Source: Amphiscolops sp. MND2022 (lineage: Eukaryota). From it: a stretch of 64,000 bases of DNA. Below, piece by piece: positions 23,701 to 36,992 of the stretch. The stretch covers positions 63,676,001 through 63,740,000 of the forward strand of contig OZ076409.1 in NCBI GenBank assembly GCA_964187785.1. The letters are read 5' to 3'. Position numbers and translations under genes: made by a program. Within the stretch, counting starts at the first letter, position 1, and each line of letters starts with the position of its first letter. The notes under the pieces are model-generated. The model did no database searches. It saw only the letters and a program-made list of their open reading frames with translations, and was not told the origin of the DNA.

Positions 23701-26700
23701 TTAAGTGTCTTTAGTAAATGAAGGGGATGGCAATTCACTATCAGATTGCCGCTTAACTGGCGAATTGTTCAAACTGGAGGCAGGAAGACTCTTGGTAACG
23801 CTCCTACCTTTTGGATTCTTGAATTGTATCCTTCGAGAATCAGTCTTCTGAGGGACAGCCTTCGGTTTCAAGACAGAGAGAATGTGGGAACGGTCAAAAT
23901 AATCCAAGCCGTCCCATGGACTGTATGTGTCGGAGAATGCGGAACTTCCAAACGTAGGCTCAAAAGCCAGGAACTCAGAGATCGAAGAAGACGTAGTCAA
24001 GGCGTCGATACTGCGGCCCACATTTATGAAAAAGGATTGCACTGGAAGGATGGTGTCAATCAATTTACTTTTCGGATCATCAGTCCGGACTGGTCCAAAC
24101 TTCACTGAGGGCATAATTGTGTAATCTTCGTCGAGGCACAAACAGCTCAATTTGAAAATACGCGCAAGATGAGGTCGGGACTTTAAGGCATCATGACGCA
24201 ATATGAAGGTAACAGCATCAATGATTATAACCCTGGGCTGGTCCAACTCGGGCATCTCCTTCCTCAATTCGTCCAAGAAGGATAGGTATTCTTCAGTGCA
24301 GACGGATTCATCGGCAGGCTGGAAATACCCACGAAGTTGGAAGCTGCGAAAAAGCAGCTTGAAACAGTAGAGTGCCTGACTGAGTGGCGAACGAAACATG
24401 ATGTCCAGGTCGAAAGATCCGAGTCCTCTGACTATGTCGGACGTAAGTTGCAAATTACTTTGAGCAGCGTGGAACAGATAAGCGACATATGCGCGAGCAA
24501 GACGTCCAAACTCTTCCTTTCCTTCCTTCACAAGTTTGGGCAAATTGGCACGGTTCCCCTTCCTGTCACTCAGTTCTTTCTCTGCCTTGATCTTACAAGC
24601 GACGTTCAGTCGTTGCTCCAGTTTGGATCGCGCAATAAAGTCAGTCACTGTAAGGGCTCTAGCATCAGAAACAACTATGTTCAAAATTCCGGACAAATCA
24701 CTTTCTGGTGGAAGGCTTTTGGGTTTGATGCATCGTCTGCCGAGCTTGAGAAGGAATTGACACAACTGTCGGTAAATATGAAATCCGTGATCACGTCGTT
24801 CGACCAAGTGTGGCACGAAACTAGTAGTGTCTAAATAAAGTATAATATTAAAATTACGCAACCTAACTCAGCGCTATAAACAATGAATAGGAACCACTCA
24901 CAATCCCTGACAAGGCGATAGAAGAGCTCAAGCCGGCAGAGGAACAATTCATCACTGAGCATCGCTCTCTCAAGATTCTGCGGCTGAAAAACAAGATAAT
25001 AACATGAGAAATTTATTTTGGACTTGAGGTCGCAATGACGGCAGAAGCTTACTTGTTTCCTCACCCCCATCATTTCATGGGGCGGAGCGTGAGTATTGAG
25101 ATAAGTAGTAATGCTGGCCCAATTGGCGAGAAGCTCCTGACACAGGGTAGGTAATGTCTCCAGCTCGATTTGACAAGTCCGTACTGCCTAAAATTACTGG
25201 ACTTAAGAACTCAGTTAAGACATAACAAATCAATACAGACTGGGGAAATGACAAACCTTCGCAAGGACGGGGGTTAGGAGAGTCCAATCACAGTCGAGGC
25301 ATCCTCCAAGAAAGACAATGAGATATTTCAGCACAGAATGAAAATCTATCCGTCCGAAAACACTATAGCTTTCTTTGTGCATCAATCTGGCTAAGGAGAA
25401 TTCAGCAAATTGGAGTGGTCGCTGTAGCCCATGTTTACTGAATGGCGAATTGTCTAGAATCTGAATCGTTTCTAGGGTACCACCAGAACAGCTGACGATA
25501 TTGGGAGTAGTTGAGAAGACGGCCATGAGGTCACTGATCAAACTAAGTTCGGCTGAGCTTTGTCCGAGAACTCGTCCGGTACGTTTCAGGAAGACCCGGC
25601 ATAACTCGTCTTTTCGCCAGAACCGGATGAAAACAAGCAGAAAGACTCCCTGCTTCACGAATTCCAGGGAATATTCTCCTGACTCGACCACGTGTGTGCC
25701 AATATCACGAATAGTCTGCAAGAACAAGTGATGGAACAGGACCTGAAAGAACAACAACTAACTTTTAGACATTGTTAACCAAAGGTCAGAAACGGACAAC
25801 AAGTCAGCGTGACGGCAATAAGATACTTACGGACAAGCGTTCTTTACTCCAATCGAAGTCTGTAAATAAGGACTGGTGGTTGACTACAACTCCAATATCC
25901 CGCCACAGGTTCCTCAAAGCACTGATGTCTCCAAAAGAGCGCAAATAATGACCGAGGACTGAAACCTGCACTTTCACCCTGTTCTCCGAAGAGGATGCCA
26001 TGTAATCCGTTCCTCTCAGATAATCGTCATAAAATGGCAGTTTCTCACCAATGTCGACGAGTTCAACTCCAATGAATTTTGGCAGTTCAAGTTGTAGCTC
26101 GTACGGTGTCAGTAGCCTTCCGTCCCCACCGCGGACATGGTGCTTCACCATCTTGGTTACTGGATCTTCAGTCGCAAGATGATGATATCGCCACTTTTGG
26201 TCCCTTCTCAGGTGCTTTTCGGTGCCATGGTGGCGGAGGATTTCTCGTGCTCCCTGACCATAAATTGATACATTGCCCTTGCAAATTTGACAGTATATCT
26301 TGTATGGATTCCATCGAGGATCCATGGGCCCAGACACGAAAGTTTTAGTCCACTCCATGCCTTTAAAATACGCTTCCTTCATGATTTTGCAGGCACGGGG
26401 CACTCGATGTCGATTTCCACTCCTGTTGAGAGATGGTTTCTTGCGAGGTTTTTTCCGAGGAGTAGGCTTAGACTTTTCAGCAATAGCTTCCGCTTTTAAC
26501 ATGGCAAGAGTTTGGGTCCCCGGACTTTCAACTCGGGGTTCACCTTCTATTGACATTGGGACAGTCTGACTGCACCCTGGGGGGCCGACAGGCGGCGGAG
26601 CGAAAGGCTGACTCTCCCCGGACTTTCAACTCGGGGTTCACCTTCTATTGACATTGGGACAGTCTGACTGCACCCTGGGGGGCCGACAGGCGGCGGAGCG

Positions 26701-28232
26701 AAAGGCTGACTCTCAAGGTCAGAATGTTCATAAGCATACCCTATGCTGGCAAACTCATCATCGCTCCTTAAGGCTCCACTGGTATCGCTAGCCTCTCCAG
26801 ATAACAAATCGGATTGCACCCCAGGACTTTGAGTCCGGTAACTAGATCTCTTGGGGGTGACTCTGCCTGATGGAGGAAATTGTGGTGTTCCAAGACTCAA
26901 TCGGCACGTCTGATGAACCAGGTTCTCCATTGCCTTCAGAGAAGACCTAACTGCTTCGTCAGCGACGACCCTCAGAATGTTGCTGACTTGACTCTCATTA
27001 AGGGCTAAAGTTGTATGGCCCGGCGGTAGCATTACTGGAGTCACGGCCTCAAAGCATTCTTTTATCATAACGCGGCTGCTTGCTGAAAGTTGGGGACTTC
27101 GCGTCGCCTCCTCTGGAAAATCCACGGATGTAACACTACCTGCGTCACTGACTCTCAATCGACTCTTGTCCAAAGGAGCATACAGAGCATCCGCTACGGT
27201 TGAGCCAGCAGGACCAGCTGACTCATGCCCGGTATCACTGGCAAATCTATCGGAAGGCACACGTGGACTAGCGACAATTGGGTCGTTTGATCCAAATTCA
27301 TCCGTCGAACTAAGACAACCCTCAGAGTGTGATGAACCTTCTGTCTCAGCATTAGATATGGAAAGCTCTTTTCTAGTCTCACCGATTTTGACGCAGAGTT
27401 TTTGAATCTTCGCCTCAGGTGGCTTATACATCGATTTGAGGTTGCTCTTGATAGGGGCGACAGGGGAATCCAAGAAAGCGACCCTTGATACAGAGTCCGA
27501 ATCGGTTTCAGTGTGGTCTGGTGCATCTCGCTGTGGCATCAACTCTAATGTGATGCTCTCACTGCACTTGCCCAAGTTGCCGTCACTTGGACCTTGGGTA
27601 CGATCTTCGAGAGAATCGCCTAACTGTTGCCATTTTCGAGCTATGTATGCCCCTCAACTCTCGTCAGTGCTGCTGCTTTCCACACCGACAGTTGGTACAA
27701 CGGTCTGTGGAGTTGTTGGCGGTTCAGATTGATTGCATAGCTGAGGATGTTTGCGGCATTACAGTTAGATCCTTTTCCTGCACTTGTTCGGATTCTTTTG
27801 CCTGAGAGCCCTCGGGAATGATTGTAAAATCCATCTCCGTAACAGTCTCGGATCTGGCCGGGGTATCCGTTTGAAGAGTAGCTTCCTTTTGATTGCAGTT
27901 TTGATCACTCAACAAAGTGGGGCTTTCAGCGTGGGGGGATGCAGTCACAAAGGACTCGCTGGTCTCCATTCTTTCTTCCTCCGCATTCAATTGGAGAGGT
28001 TGGTCGTTGAACTCATTATCTAAACGAAATGAGATAAATAAGCGCGGCTCACTTCCTGAATATGAATCCATCTTAGCGCTTTGAACAAAATACTTCCGGA
28101 AGTTCCTTTGACATAATGTTCATACTGTATGTGAACATTTCACGATGGAGGAAGTGACTTTGTTAAAATTAAGAGCCCTGATCAAGCCTAATTTTAACAC
28201 ATTTAAAAGAACCAACCTGACGCTGAATCCAT
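23701..28232 (-). pseudogene. Antisense spliced accessory gene of A (BED-type Zn finger, hAT-transposase-like), disrupted. Predicted exons 28232-28217, 28019-25831, 25742-25257, 25187-25053, 24983-24902, 24830-23701
   Basis: GT-AG introns at the same positions and phases as in B; internal exons 486, 135 and 82 bp in both; CQIC...RHHGTEKH finger. Lesions: frameshift near 27740, TGA at 27654-27656, 98-bp tandem duplication at 26517-26714. First mini-exon less certain (alternative ATG at 28071). Confidence 0.8.
26517..26714. repeat. 98-bp tandem duplication frameshifting the antisense gene
   Basis: Two adjacent copies with period 98; removing one puts ORFs 27575-26547 and 26556-25804 in one frame. 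Confidence 0.92.
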
Positions 28233-28847
28233 GAAGGGTTGGCGGAATTGATGAGATCCTTTTGACACTTGCACTATAAGGAAATTGGATGTTTCTGCAG
28301 CAATGTCCAAATGGTGATTGCTTCAATACCCACTCAAGAGGAAGATGTAACTGTTGCTGGGTACTCAAGGCCAGTGGAGTAAAATTAGTTTTGCTGCCCA
28401 CGAAGAGGGTTGATAGTGTCCAAAATAGAAATCGACAATACAAAATTATGTGATTGGAAGTATAGCTTAAGTTATGGAATGTAGCGGAATCACTAGAATT
28501 AGATTACAGAAAATCAGTGTGCGACTCAAGGTCAGAGAGACTATATAGATTACAAGGTAATGCTGTATAGCTCAAGTGATGCTGCTTGAGAAGACAATAA
28601 TAAACTGAAAGCCAAGTTAGTGCTGAATACTGTCTGGAATGGGACTTAACGTCAACTTGACGGCAGTGTATTACTAGTTCACAATCAAGTATTATTTAAC
28701 AAGTACTTACGAATTGGACGATGAGTCATCATGACGGCACAACGTTACTTGTTACCAAATGTGCTTTATTTCACTTCCTCTACTCAACAACTACTCTTTT
28801 GACTAATTATTACCTCCTACCACTAATTTAGAGTCCCGGACTTCTTA

Positions 28848-28951
<104 letters not shown>

Positions 28952-29583
28952 GTTACTTGGATGTCGTGGCTACATGTAAGACTTTCTTTTATGTTTCCAT
29001 CTTCTCCTTTCCTTTAGTCATGCTCTTCATTCACAGTACATGGTATGGAACCTGCCAGTGAAATATTCATGCACTCCTAACTGTTTCATTTTAATTCTTT
29101 TCTTTCCCCTAAAAAGGCATCGATTTCTTTATTTCATTTCATATTCAAAAAGTTATTAGTCGTATTTTACCAATCAATCCAGCGTCATATGATTGGTTAT
29201 CATCGTTGCTGCCGTCGAAAGGACCGCCGGTCTTTCAAGTTGATTGTTGACAGAAAATTAAGAAGAACAACACTTGAATTAGCAGGCAACTCCTTTGAAG
29301 GAGTAAGCAAACCCTCTATAAGTGGCAATTAAAATTTTGTTATAATAACAACAAAACAGGCTTTGGCGGTCTCAATGAAAGCAAGAAACCTAAATAAGGA
29401 GAGTTTGGGAGAATCTAGCGGGAATGGTACCTTACAATTACCCCCGCCAAATACGAAGGCTGACCTAAGGTCAACTGGACGGCATAACTTCATTCATCGC
29501 CCTAACAATTTCAAAACCAGTAGACTGCTTCTGAACTGCTCAAAATTGCACGAAAACTGTTTCTATCACGTTATTCACGAGAA

Positions 29584-30387
29584 ATGTCTTTGCAGTTTAA
29601 CACTGAGGGTATAAATGGACCATTAGTGAGTCTTTCCTATCGATCCTCTGATGAAGAAATGGAAGTAGATTCCATCTACTCAGTACACGATAGCGACGAT
29701 GACGACATTCAAGTCATAGCCTGCTACTACGAAAATCAGGAATTTCCACCACAGCTGACGGCAGGTAGAGCTATGACTACGGACTTGTCTGACTGCCTCG
29801 GTTACTTAAGCTTACCGGAAACCACTTCGGAAAGCTACTTTACCGAGCCGACGGAAGAGCTTATCGATTGGTTCGTCGGAAGTCCACCGTCAACCTACTC
29901 CGGGGTACAGCCACAACAACATCCTATAGCTCAATGTAGTCAAATTGACCCATTGCCTTACTCGCCATTATCGCCGCCACTGATCGATCAATTCCCCAAC
30001 TACGCACCAAGGGTCAACGATCATGAGGTCCAAGAAGAGCCGCAATGGGCTAGGAACCAACACATCACTGGCCTGGGCATCAGCGCAAGCGGACTATGCG
30101 GACAGCCCAATGACGTGCTCTACGGTGGTTGTGTTGTCTGCGGGAAATCGTTCCAGGCAATAAAGGAAGAGGTGACACTCGGCTTTCTAGAAAGTACTCA
30201 TGTTCCTGGAGAGACGTACGAACAACGACAAGCGAGACGGCGAGCCTTCGAAGCTGGAATGAAAGCCGGATCTTTCATTGTCATCCCCCGGGGAGTGTCG
30301 CAGGCGGCCGCCTGTGACGGAATATTATACCAAGTTGGACCCGAAGACGATGACACTAATCCCGGACCGGGCGTTTTGCCTATTTGA
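29584..30387 (+). CDS. Sense accessory ORF of A (267 aa), ends 92 bp inside the 3' LTR; function unknown
   Basis: Intact ORF homologous to 46785-46000 (SPxSPP, GCxVCGxS, AxExGxxAG, VSQAAACDG, PGxLPI). Exact start uncertain. Confidence 0.85.
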   Translation: MSLQFNTEGINGPLVSLSYRSSDEEMEVDSIYSVHDSDDDDIQVIACYYENQEFPPQLTAGRAMTTDLSDCLGYLSLPETTSESYFTEPTEELIDWFVGSPPSTYSGVQPQQHPIAQCSQIDPLPYSPLSPPLIDQFPNYAPRVNDHEVQEEPQWARNQHITGLGISASGLCGQPNDVLYGGCVVCGKSFQAIKEEVTLGFLESTHVPGETYEQRQARRRAFEAGMKAGSFIVIPRGVSQAAACDGILYQVGPEDDDTNPGPGVLPI

Positions 30388-31798
30388 GAGAAAAACTCCG
30401 CAATACGTTAATTATTTAGTTAACAATCTTCTCATGCACTTTAGTTCATTCATTTATTCTTATTCATCTTTACATGTAAATATGAAGTCTTAATAATGTG
30501 ACTCAAGGTCATTTTGACGGCATGAATAATTATATTTTGATTCAATCTTATGTAAATTAGTTGTTACACCACATTAATAATAATAATGTGAACTAGTACC
30601 AAAAGGTGCAAAACGCTGTACAAGCAGTTAATTTGATTGACGTTAATAATAACAATAGAAAGCAAGATGACTACTCAAGTGAAAGGAAACGCGTTCAACT
30701 GGTACGCTGCTGCCGTCTAGTTGACGCGTAGTCACTTCGCTTCTAACCAATCACGGCGCTACATTTAGTTATAGTTCAATGCCGTCATGTGGACGTTAGG
30801 TCCAATTAGTTAACGCATGTAGTATTAAATCTGTAGTTGCATGAAAATCACCGCTAACATGTACCTGTTATTAACCAGTATGTTGCTTCTATTTATAGGA
30901 CCTATGACGTGTAGTCATATGTCACCTCCGTTGCTATATTTAGAATTGTGATGTAATAGTTATTTTTAATAATGATGTCATTACTATTTTTACCCAATGA
31001 CACCCTAAATATTGAGTGTCATACTGTAGTTGCTATATATATGCAAATTTCCAGTAAGGGATTGATTCATTGTGATAACCTCAATACAAACCGTTCTGAT
31101 ATACACTTTTGATTCGACAATCTATTATTGAACAATACCTTCTTTTGATATGCCTTCAACTAGAAGACAAAAGGCGAAAGAGAAACGTTCAAGACAGTCT
31201 GACATAATGTCTGATATTGAAAATCTAGATGTGATGCTCGGAAATTACTCAAACAGTGAAATTAGGGACCAAAACACGGTAGACCAAATAGAAATTGACC
31301 CTGAGTCAAGTAGACGGCAACAAGGTTTCAGTCATGAAGAAGGTAACTATAGATCTCTTTTGAACACAAATTTGAGTGAGAATAGTGAAATTACAGTAGA
31401 AACTAGCAGAGCAATTAGTTCGGAAATTTCGTCGCAGATGTCAAGGAAATTGGAAGAAATGAAATCTGACTTAAATTCCCATATTATGGAGGTAATAAAC
31501 TCTGCTATTGATGAAAAAATACTACCGAGCATCGAAAATGTCATAGTAAATCACAGGGAGTGTAAAAACGCGAAATTGGACCTTCGGTCAGATGGACGGC
31601 ATCCGAGTAGAAACGTCCCTATGGACCATACTTTGGACCTTGGGTCATATGGACGGCATAAAATTAAATTTGGCCAGCAGGTCCAGGACTCAAGAGAGAA
31701 TTTTCCTAGACTAAGTAAGACAACAAATAACCTTTCAAATCATCAAATGGAATGTTCGGGAGATTCTGAACAGAGTGAAAATGATGAAGGTTATGACA
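30296..31798 (+). repeat. 3' LTR of A (second copy of the gag 5' end from 31150, reading into flank to 31854)
   Basis: Direct repeat of 15643-17145 followed by TSD CTATA. Confidence 0.97.
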
Positions 31799-34700
31799 CT
31801 ATATGTTTGACCGTTAGATATGGCGCCGACCTATGCCGTTCCCGGTTTGTTTGAGCTTTCCATTGCTTCGGTGTTGACTGGAAACCTTTTCACGCTGGTA
31901 AAAGCTTATTCGATATTTTGCGACTTGTTTCCGGTTTCCTAAAAATTTTCCGCTGTATTGTGATCAAAATGAAATCGAATTAGCACCTCCCTCAGGTGAT
32001 TACCTATTTTGCGGTTTAAATCCTCCTGATACCGGTTTTCGAGCGTTTCACTGCAATCGATAAATCAATAAACAGTCCGCTCCGGAACATTATAATCTTT
32101 GACCTGAGAAACGACGAATTTGTTGCCTTGTTGCTGGTAATTTCCGCACAAAATGCCAAAGGTGTACCCAACCTGTCGAGAGAAATCTTGTTTTTTGGTG
32201 AATAATTGTTAATTTATCCAAAAGTAGAAGCAGTTTTCACTGATGTTTTGAATGAAGAAAAAATTTCATGTAGAACTAACCGGAAGTGTTTTTTGTTCAA
32301 CGCCATGGAGTTCAAAACATTCAGGTACCTTTGCTGTCTCAGACATTAATTAGCTTATGCTCCAAATGTCTAAATGCCTTCTCGACAGTGCCAGTTTGAT
32401 TTTTTCAAATACTTTGCTAATTCTCAAAGAGTGAATGAGACCAAGTGCCTCTTGCAATTTTTTGTAGATTACAATTCTGTTTCTAGATGACACATTTGAT
32501 TTGATTATTTCACTTTTTAGCCTAAAAATTCCTTTCATTCGAACATTTCTGTTCCTGTACTTTTTTGGCATCCTTTATTTATCTAAATAGTCCACCAAGC
32601 GCCGGACTTGGCAGTGAATGTGCGTTGAACTCGATTGAACTTGAACTCGATTCCTTAAATGATGATGGGTCCTCAAATGAACCATTAAACTAAAATAATG
32701 GTCCTTGAATAAAACTATTTGAATATGACATCTATGAAAGTTGTTTTACATACAAAACCTACTATATTTGGGATATATTTATTGTATCGGGAAACGGAGT
32801 TATGATTTTTCTGTTTCTTGAAAAAAAACCGGGTTTACAGGCCCAGTGACGGGGTTGGTAAAGCAGGAGTATATGTGTTCGCGTCCGGTATCAGACCAAA
32901 ATGTGTTTTATGCTTGCAAACGTAGAAGGAAGACCAAAAATATTTCCGGCACTGTGTATGGTTTTTCGAAATTATTTCAAACCTTTCAAAGGGATCCCGC
33001 CTTGTTTTTCAGCCAGGAAAAAGTTTGTGAGCAAAGACGGACAATACTCCCTTAGACATTTACAATAATGTGCGATTCACCAAAAAATTCCTAATCAAAA
33101 GCTTTCTGATTTTCGTTGAAGAACACGGTTTTTTGAGTTTGAGGTCAAGTTTTAATCAATTTTTTCTTTTATCTGATGTTCGCAGCTTCGGTGTTCTGAT
33201 GTTTCCATTGGAAGATATCGTTTTCCGAGTCTGAAGTGTCATTTTTTGGGTAGTTTCTGCAGTGTTAGCAGTGTATTTTCTGCAGCAAAGAAAACTGACA
33301 TGATCACAAATTATGGTTTTAAAAAATTTACAGTCAAGAAAAAGTTTTGTTTCCCACCATTGGCCACCATTGATGTTTTGATGTTTTGTCTTTACGTGAC
33401 TTCTTCAAAAATGGTTTCAACCAGATAGTTCCCCACGCATGTGAGTTCACACCAAACCCGTGTCGAGCTTGTGTAATTTTTCAAATTGAACTGTGCAGGT
33501 ACGATTTTTCGTATTGTTACAAGACGCCTTTAGGATAAAAATCAAACACTGCTTAGATTATACACAAACAACAAAAGTCTGACACTGATTAGTTTCGGTC
33601 CTCCACTTTCTCCATGGCTAGACGTCATTACGATACATATTCCGCAACGAACTAGCAAAATCTTGCTAGTTCGATTACCTGCTTATAAGAAGGCGTTATT
33701 ATTTTAAATACCAGTTACGTGTAACACGGTAATAAAAATAGGGTCAAACGTTCATAGTTTGGATATTTGGTTGACTAGTAGAGTTTTTAAATCATAAAAT
33801 ATCCGGCGGCCGTCCGCTATCCCGTTGGGAAAAAGTGGCCGGATATTTTACTTGAAAAGTTGATATATTTTTCTTCAAAAATGGTTAATCAACGTCATCT
33901 TTTACTGCGTTACGTTTTATGATCGTCTACAGCGGTAAAAAAATCCAAATTTTGTTAGTACGTCTATTCGTTGATCTGGAAAACTCAATTGTGAAAAATA
34001 TATATTTATATTTCAAGAACTAAAATGTACATGAAAACGAAAAATAAAGATCGAAAAACGATTAAACTATGCGGTATTCTATTAATTTCCGTTAGAAAAG
34101 TCTTTGAAATGTCTGGTATCCGGTAAACTCGTATCCGGTTACAATCGTAGTGACAATCGTAGTGGCACAAGCTACTAGACAATTGTCTGAAACATGCTTC
34201 CTAACTTTCCAATCAAAAGCTTCATTGTCAATCGGTAGTGTTACAAATGACCACGGGTGAACTAACTGATGTAATAATGTCGTGATAGAGAAGTTTTCAA
34301 TATTACAGTTTGGTTGAACTAAACTATTTGCAAATACCAACTATGGAATACCGATCTCGACTTTCTTCATTCTCGCTTGTAGTTATCATACGACTACAAT
34401 TGTAACAAATAATGTTTAAAATTAGAGTATAGACAAAAGCAATCAAGTAACTGAAGTATTGTGTCATACTTCGAGATCAGTCAATTCTTGGTGGTTTTCG
34501 TTTAGTTTGTCAGTTTATTTTAACCTATTTTTATAGTTTCCTCGTTTCGTTTGTTAATTTTCTGCGAGAAAGCATAGTCTTATTCGCAGAGGTGATATCC
34601 ATGAGAAATTATATCCTTCAAATTTTCTTACAGATCGCTCGCGATCGAAAAAAGATCATTCGTAAATTTTTTTGTAATGATTCATGTAATTTGGTATTCA

Positions 34701-35343
34701 TCCCATGATTATGATGAGATGACCGCATGTTTTTACAAGGTTTCCATGATAAAATTAATGAAATGGTAATGATGATTCAAATTCAATTCATTTCATGAAA
34801 TAAAAGCTATGGCTACAACTTTTCAGTTAGCTTTGCTTTTTCGAATTAGCGGTATTCTTTTCTATTTAACTGCTTTATCATCATTATTCGTACAATTACT
34901 TTCGTTCAAATTTCTGTCACGATGTGGTCAACCAACGCATAATGTCATGCTCATGAAAACATGATGTAAAGATCTCAATTTTTATGCAGTGACAAATGTT
35001 CTCCAAATGCCTCGAAGATGGGGCTCTCACAAGAAGACAAACAACAATCGAAAAAGTGTGTGAACTCACGATATCGTGGATTCTGTTGAATCATGAAATT
35101 CAAACATTGAAAGTTTTCGGACATGCAAAAATGGACACCTCAGAATTGTTCAAAATAACTTCAGTTGAGAAACTAATTTTCGATAAAACATTTCGAAGAA
35201 GAAAACTTTGCAACTAATTATTTTTCAAAACCACATAATTGAAACGGATATCAGTGGAAGTGTAGAGTTTGACGTCATCAGAATCATGAAAGCGACCCTA
35301 ATTCTGAAGAGCAGTTCTTCGAGTATCATCTTCTTCTCTGCAG

Positions 35344-35525
35344 ACAAAGCTTTCCTGGATCACACCAAGAAGAAGGCGGTAGAGGAAAAGATGGTGGAGA
35401 ATGACGTATTCCAGATAGAACAGATAGTGGTACTGTTGTATGGACTGCCCACAATATTTATCAACATGAACTCTTGTCACTCACAGATCAAGGGACTGCA
35501 GACATCCGACAACCTTAATATACAG
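35344..35525 (+). CDS. Candidate isolated host exon (182 bp), product unknown
   Basis: Pyrimidine-rich acceptor TCTTCTTCTCTGCAG, donor CAG/GTAACA, open frame KAFLDHTKKKAVEEKMVENDVFQIEQIVVLLYGLPTIF..., GC above the flanks. No partner exons identified. Confidence 0.35.
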
Positions 35526-36563
35526 GTAACATATACTAACATACACACATTAACGTTTTTTCCGTCTGCATTTCATTTTAATCTCATAATTAAGAAAAAT
35601 TAATCCCTGGTCTCCGTTTTTCTTTGGAAACAAATTTGGTCAATCTCTAATTTCATACTCAGAAGATGAAGCGCCTGCCCGAGAATTTAACGGCCAAAAA
35701 TGTAGGTTGGTATCGTTACATTTATGGAGTTATCAACTGTATTTATGGAGAAAGGTGTCTGAAATTAAGTCTTTATTGAATTTTAGTTTACTTTTTGAAG
35801 TTCTTGTTCAAGTGTCGTAGAATTTTTAAATCTTCTGAATAAACGAACGGGGAGTTCTGTTCTCTTTATATAGTTTAGAGAACGGCAGCAAGATACCCGA
35901 GGCAATAAAAAACCGCTGAAAAGTTCTTCCGACCCAAAGTTCCTTCCAACTTTTCGCCTTCATGCAACCTTGAAGTTTGTTGAGAGCGTTTCTCGAAGTT
36001 TGATGGAAGCCCAATAATATATAATTACTGACAAATATTCTATCTCGACTTCATAACTTTTCACTTGGAAATTGGTTTATATATACAGTGCCTCCATATC
36101 GAAAGAGTTCCCAAAATGTTTTGAAACTTCTTTCACTAAAAAGCGAATGATCCTTTGTTTTTGTGACAATTCTTGCCCATGAATGACGTTTCACAAAACC
36201 TTGTTTTTTAAAGGTTCATTGAAATGGTGAAAGAGACTTTTTCAACCTTTCTTGATGATTGCCATCAAGATCAAGATTGTTGATAAGAGCTGAAAAAAGC
36301 TCAAGTTTCTATTTCATTGAAACGTTGCACAAAAAATTGCACAGGTAGTTCACGATTTCATTTGCGACGCTCAAAAATTCTCAAAAAGTCTTCACTCATG
36401 TCGTTTTTCCAGCTGGGCTTTATTCAAGACAAAACTTGATTCCGTAAGTATGTATAGATCTCGACAGAAGGAGTCTCTTCTCTTTATATCATTTGGACAA
36501 CGGCAGTAAGCTCCGTGAACACCTATGCACAAGGATTATCAGCTCTTACACCGAGCACATCTC

Positions 36564-36992
36564 TTTAGTCGGCGCATTTTAACAAAATAAGCCCGACTAT
36601 TACAGTGGCAAGTTTTTTGTTCTTTTTTTTCGTCAGATAACAGAATGTATGCGTAGTGGACACTTTTTCTACAGAACTACTAAACTACTGATCCGGCAAG
36701 CGGAAACGCATCTAACTTAGTGTAAAGGGCCCCCTTTCGTGTACTCAATTTTTAACGTAAGATACAAAACCGGACGGGACTACAGCGTCCCCCCTTTGAA
36801 TTTTTTCCGGCACTGAGTGACTTTTTTTCGAATTTTTTCTGTCGCCAAAGGGTCCCCCTTTCATGTTTTTAGATATTTTGCAGCAAACTGGATTTTCAAA
36901 AAGTCGAAAGGGTCCCCCCTTCTACAATTTTAAAAACTTTGCGCTTTTTGAGCCTTAGATATAGCGCCGACTTTAGACGTTCCCGTCTTGTT
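36564..36992 (+). mobile_element. Compact DINE-1/HINE-like element
   Basis: Subterminal inverted repeat AGTCGGCGC (36567-36575) / GCGCCGACT (36964-36972), nearby partial inverted copy GCCCGACTA, internal AAGGGTCCCCC repeats, 3' hairpin AGACG-TTCC-CGTCT, then TGTT. Confidence 0.65.
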
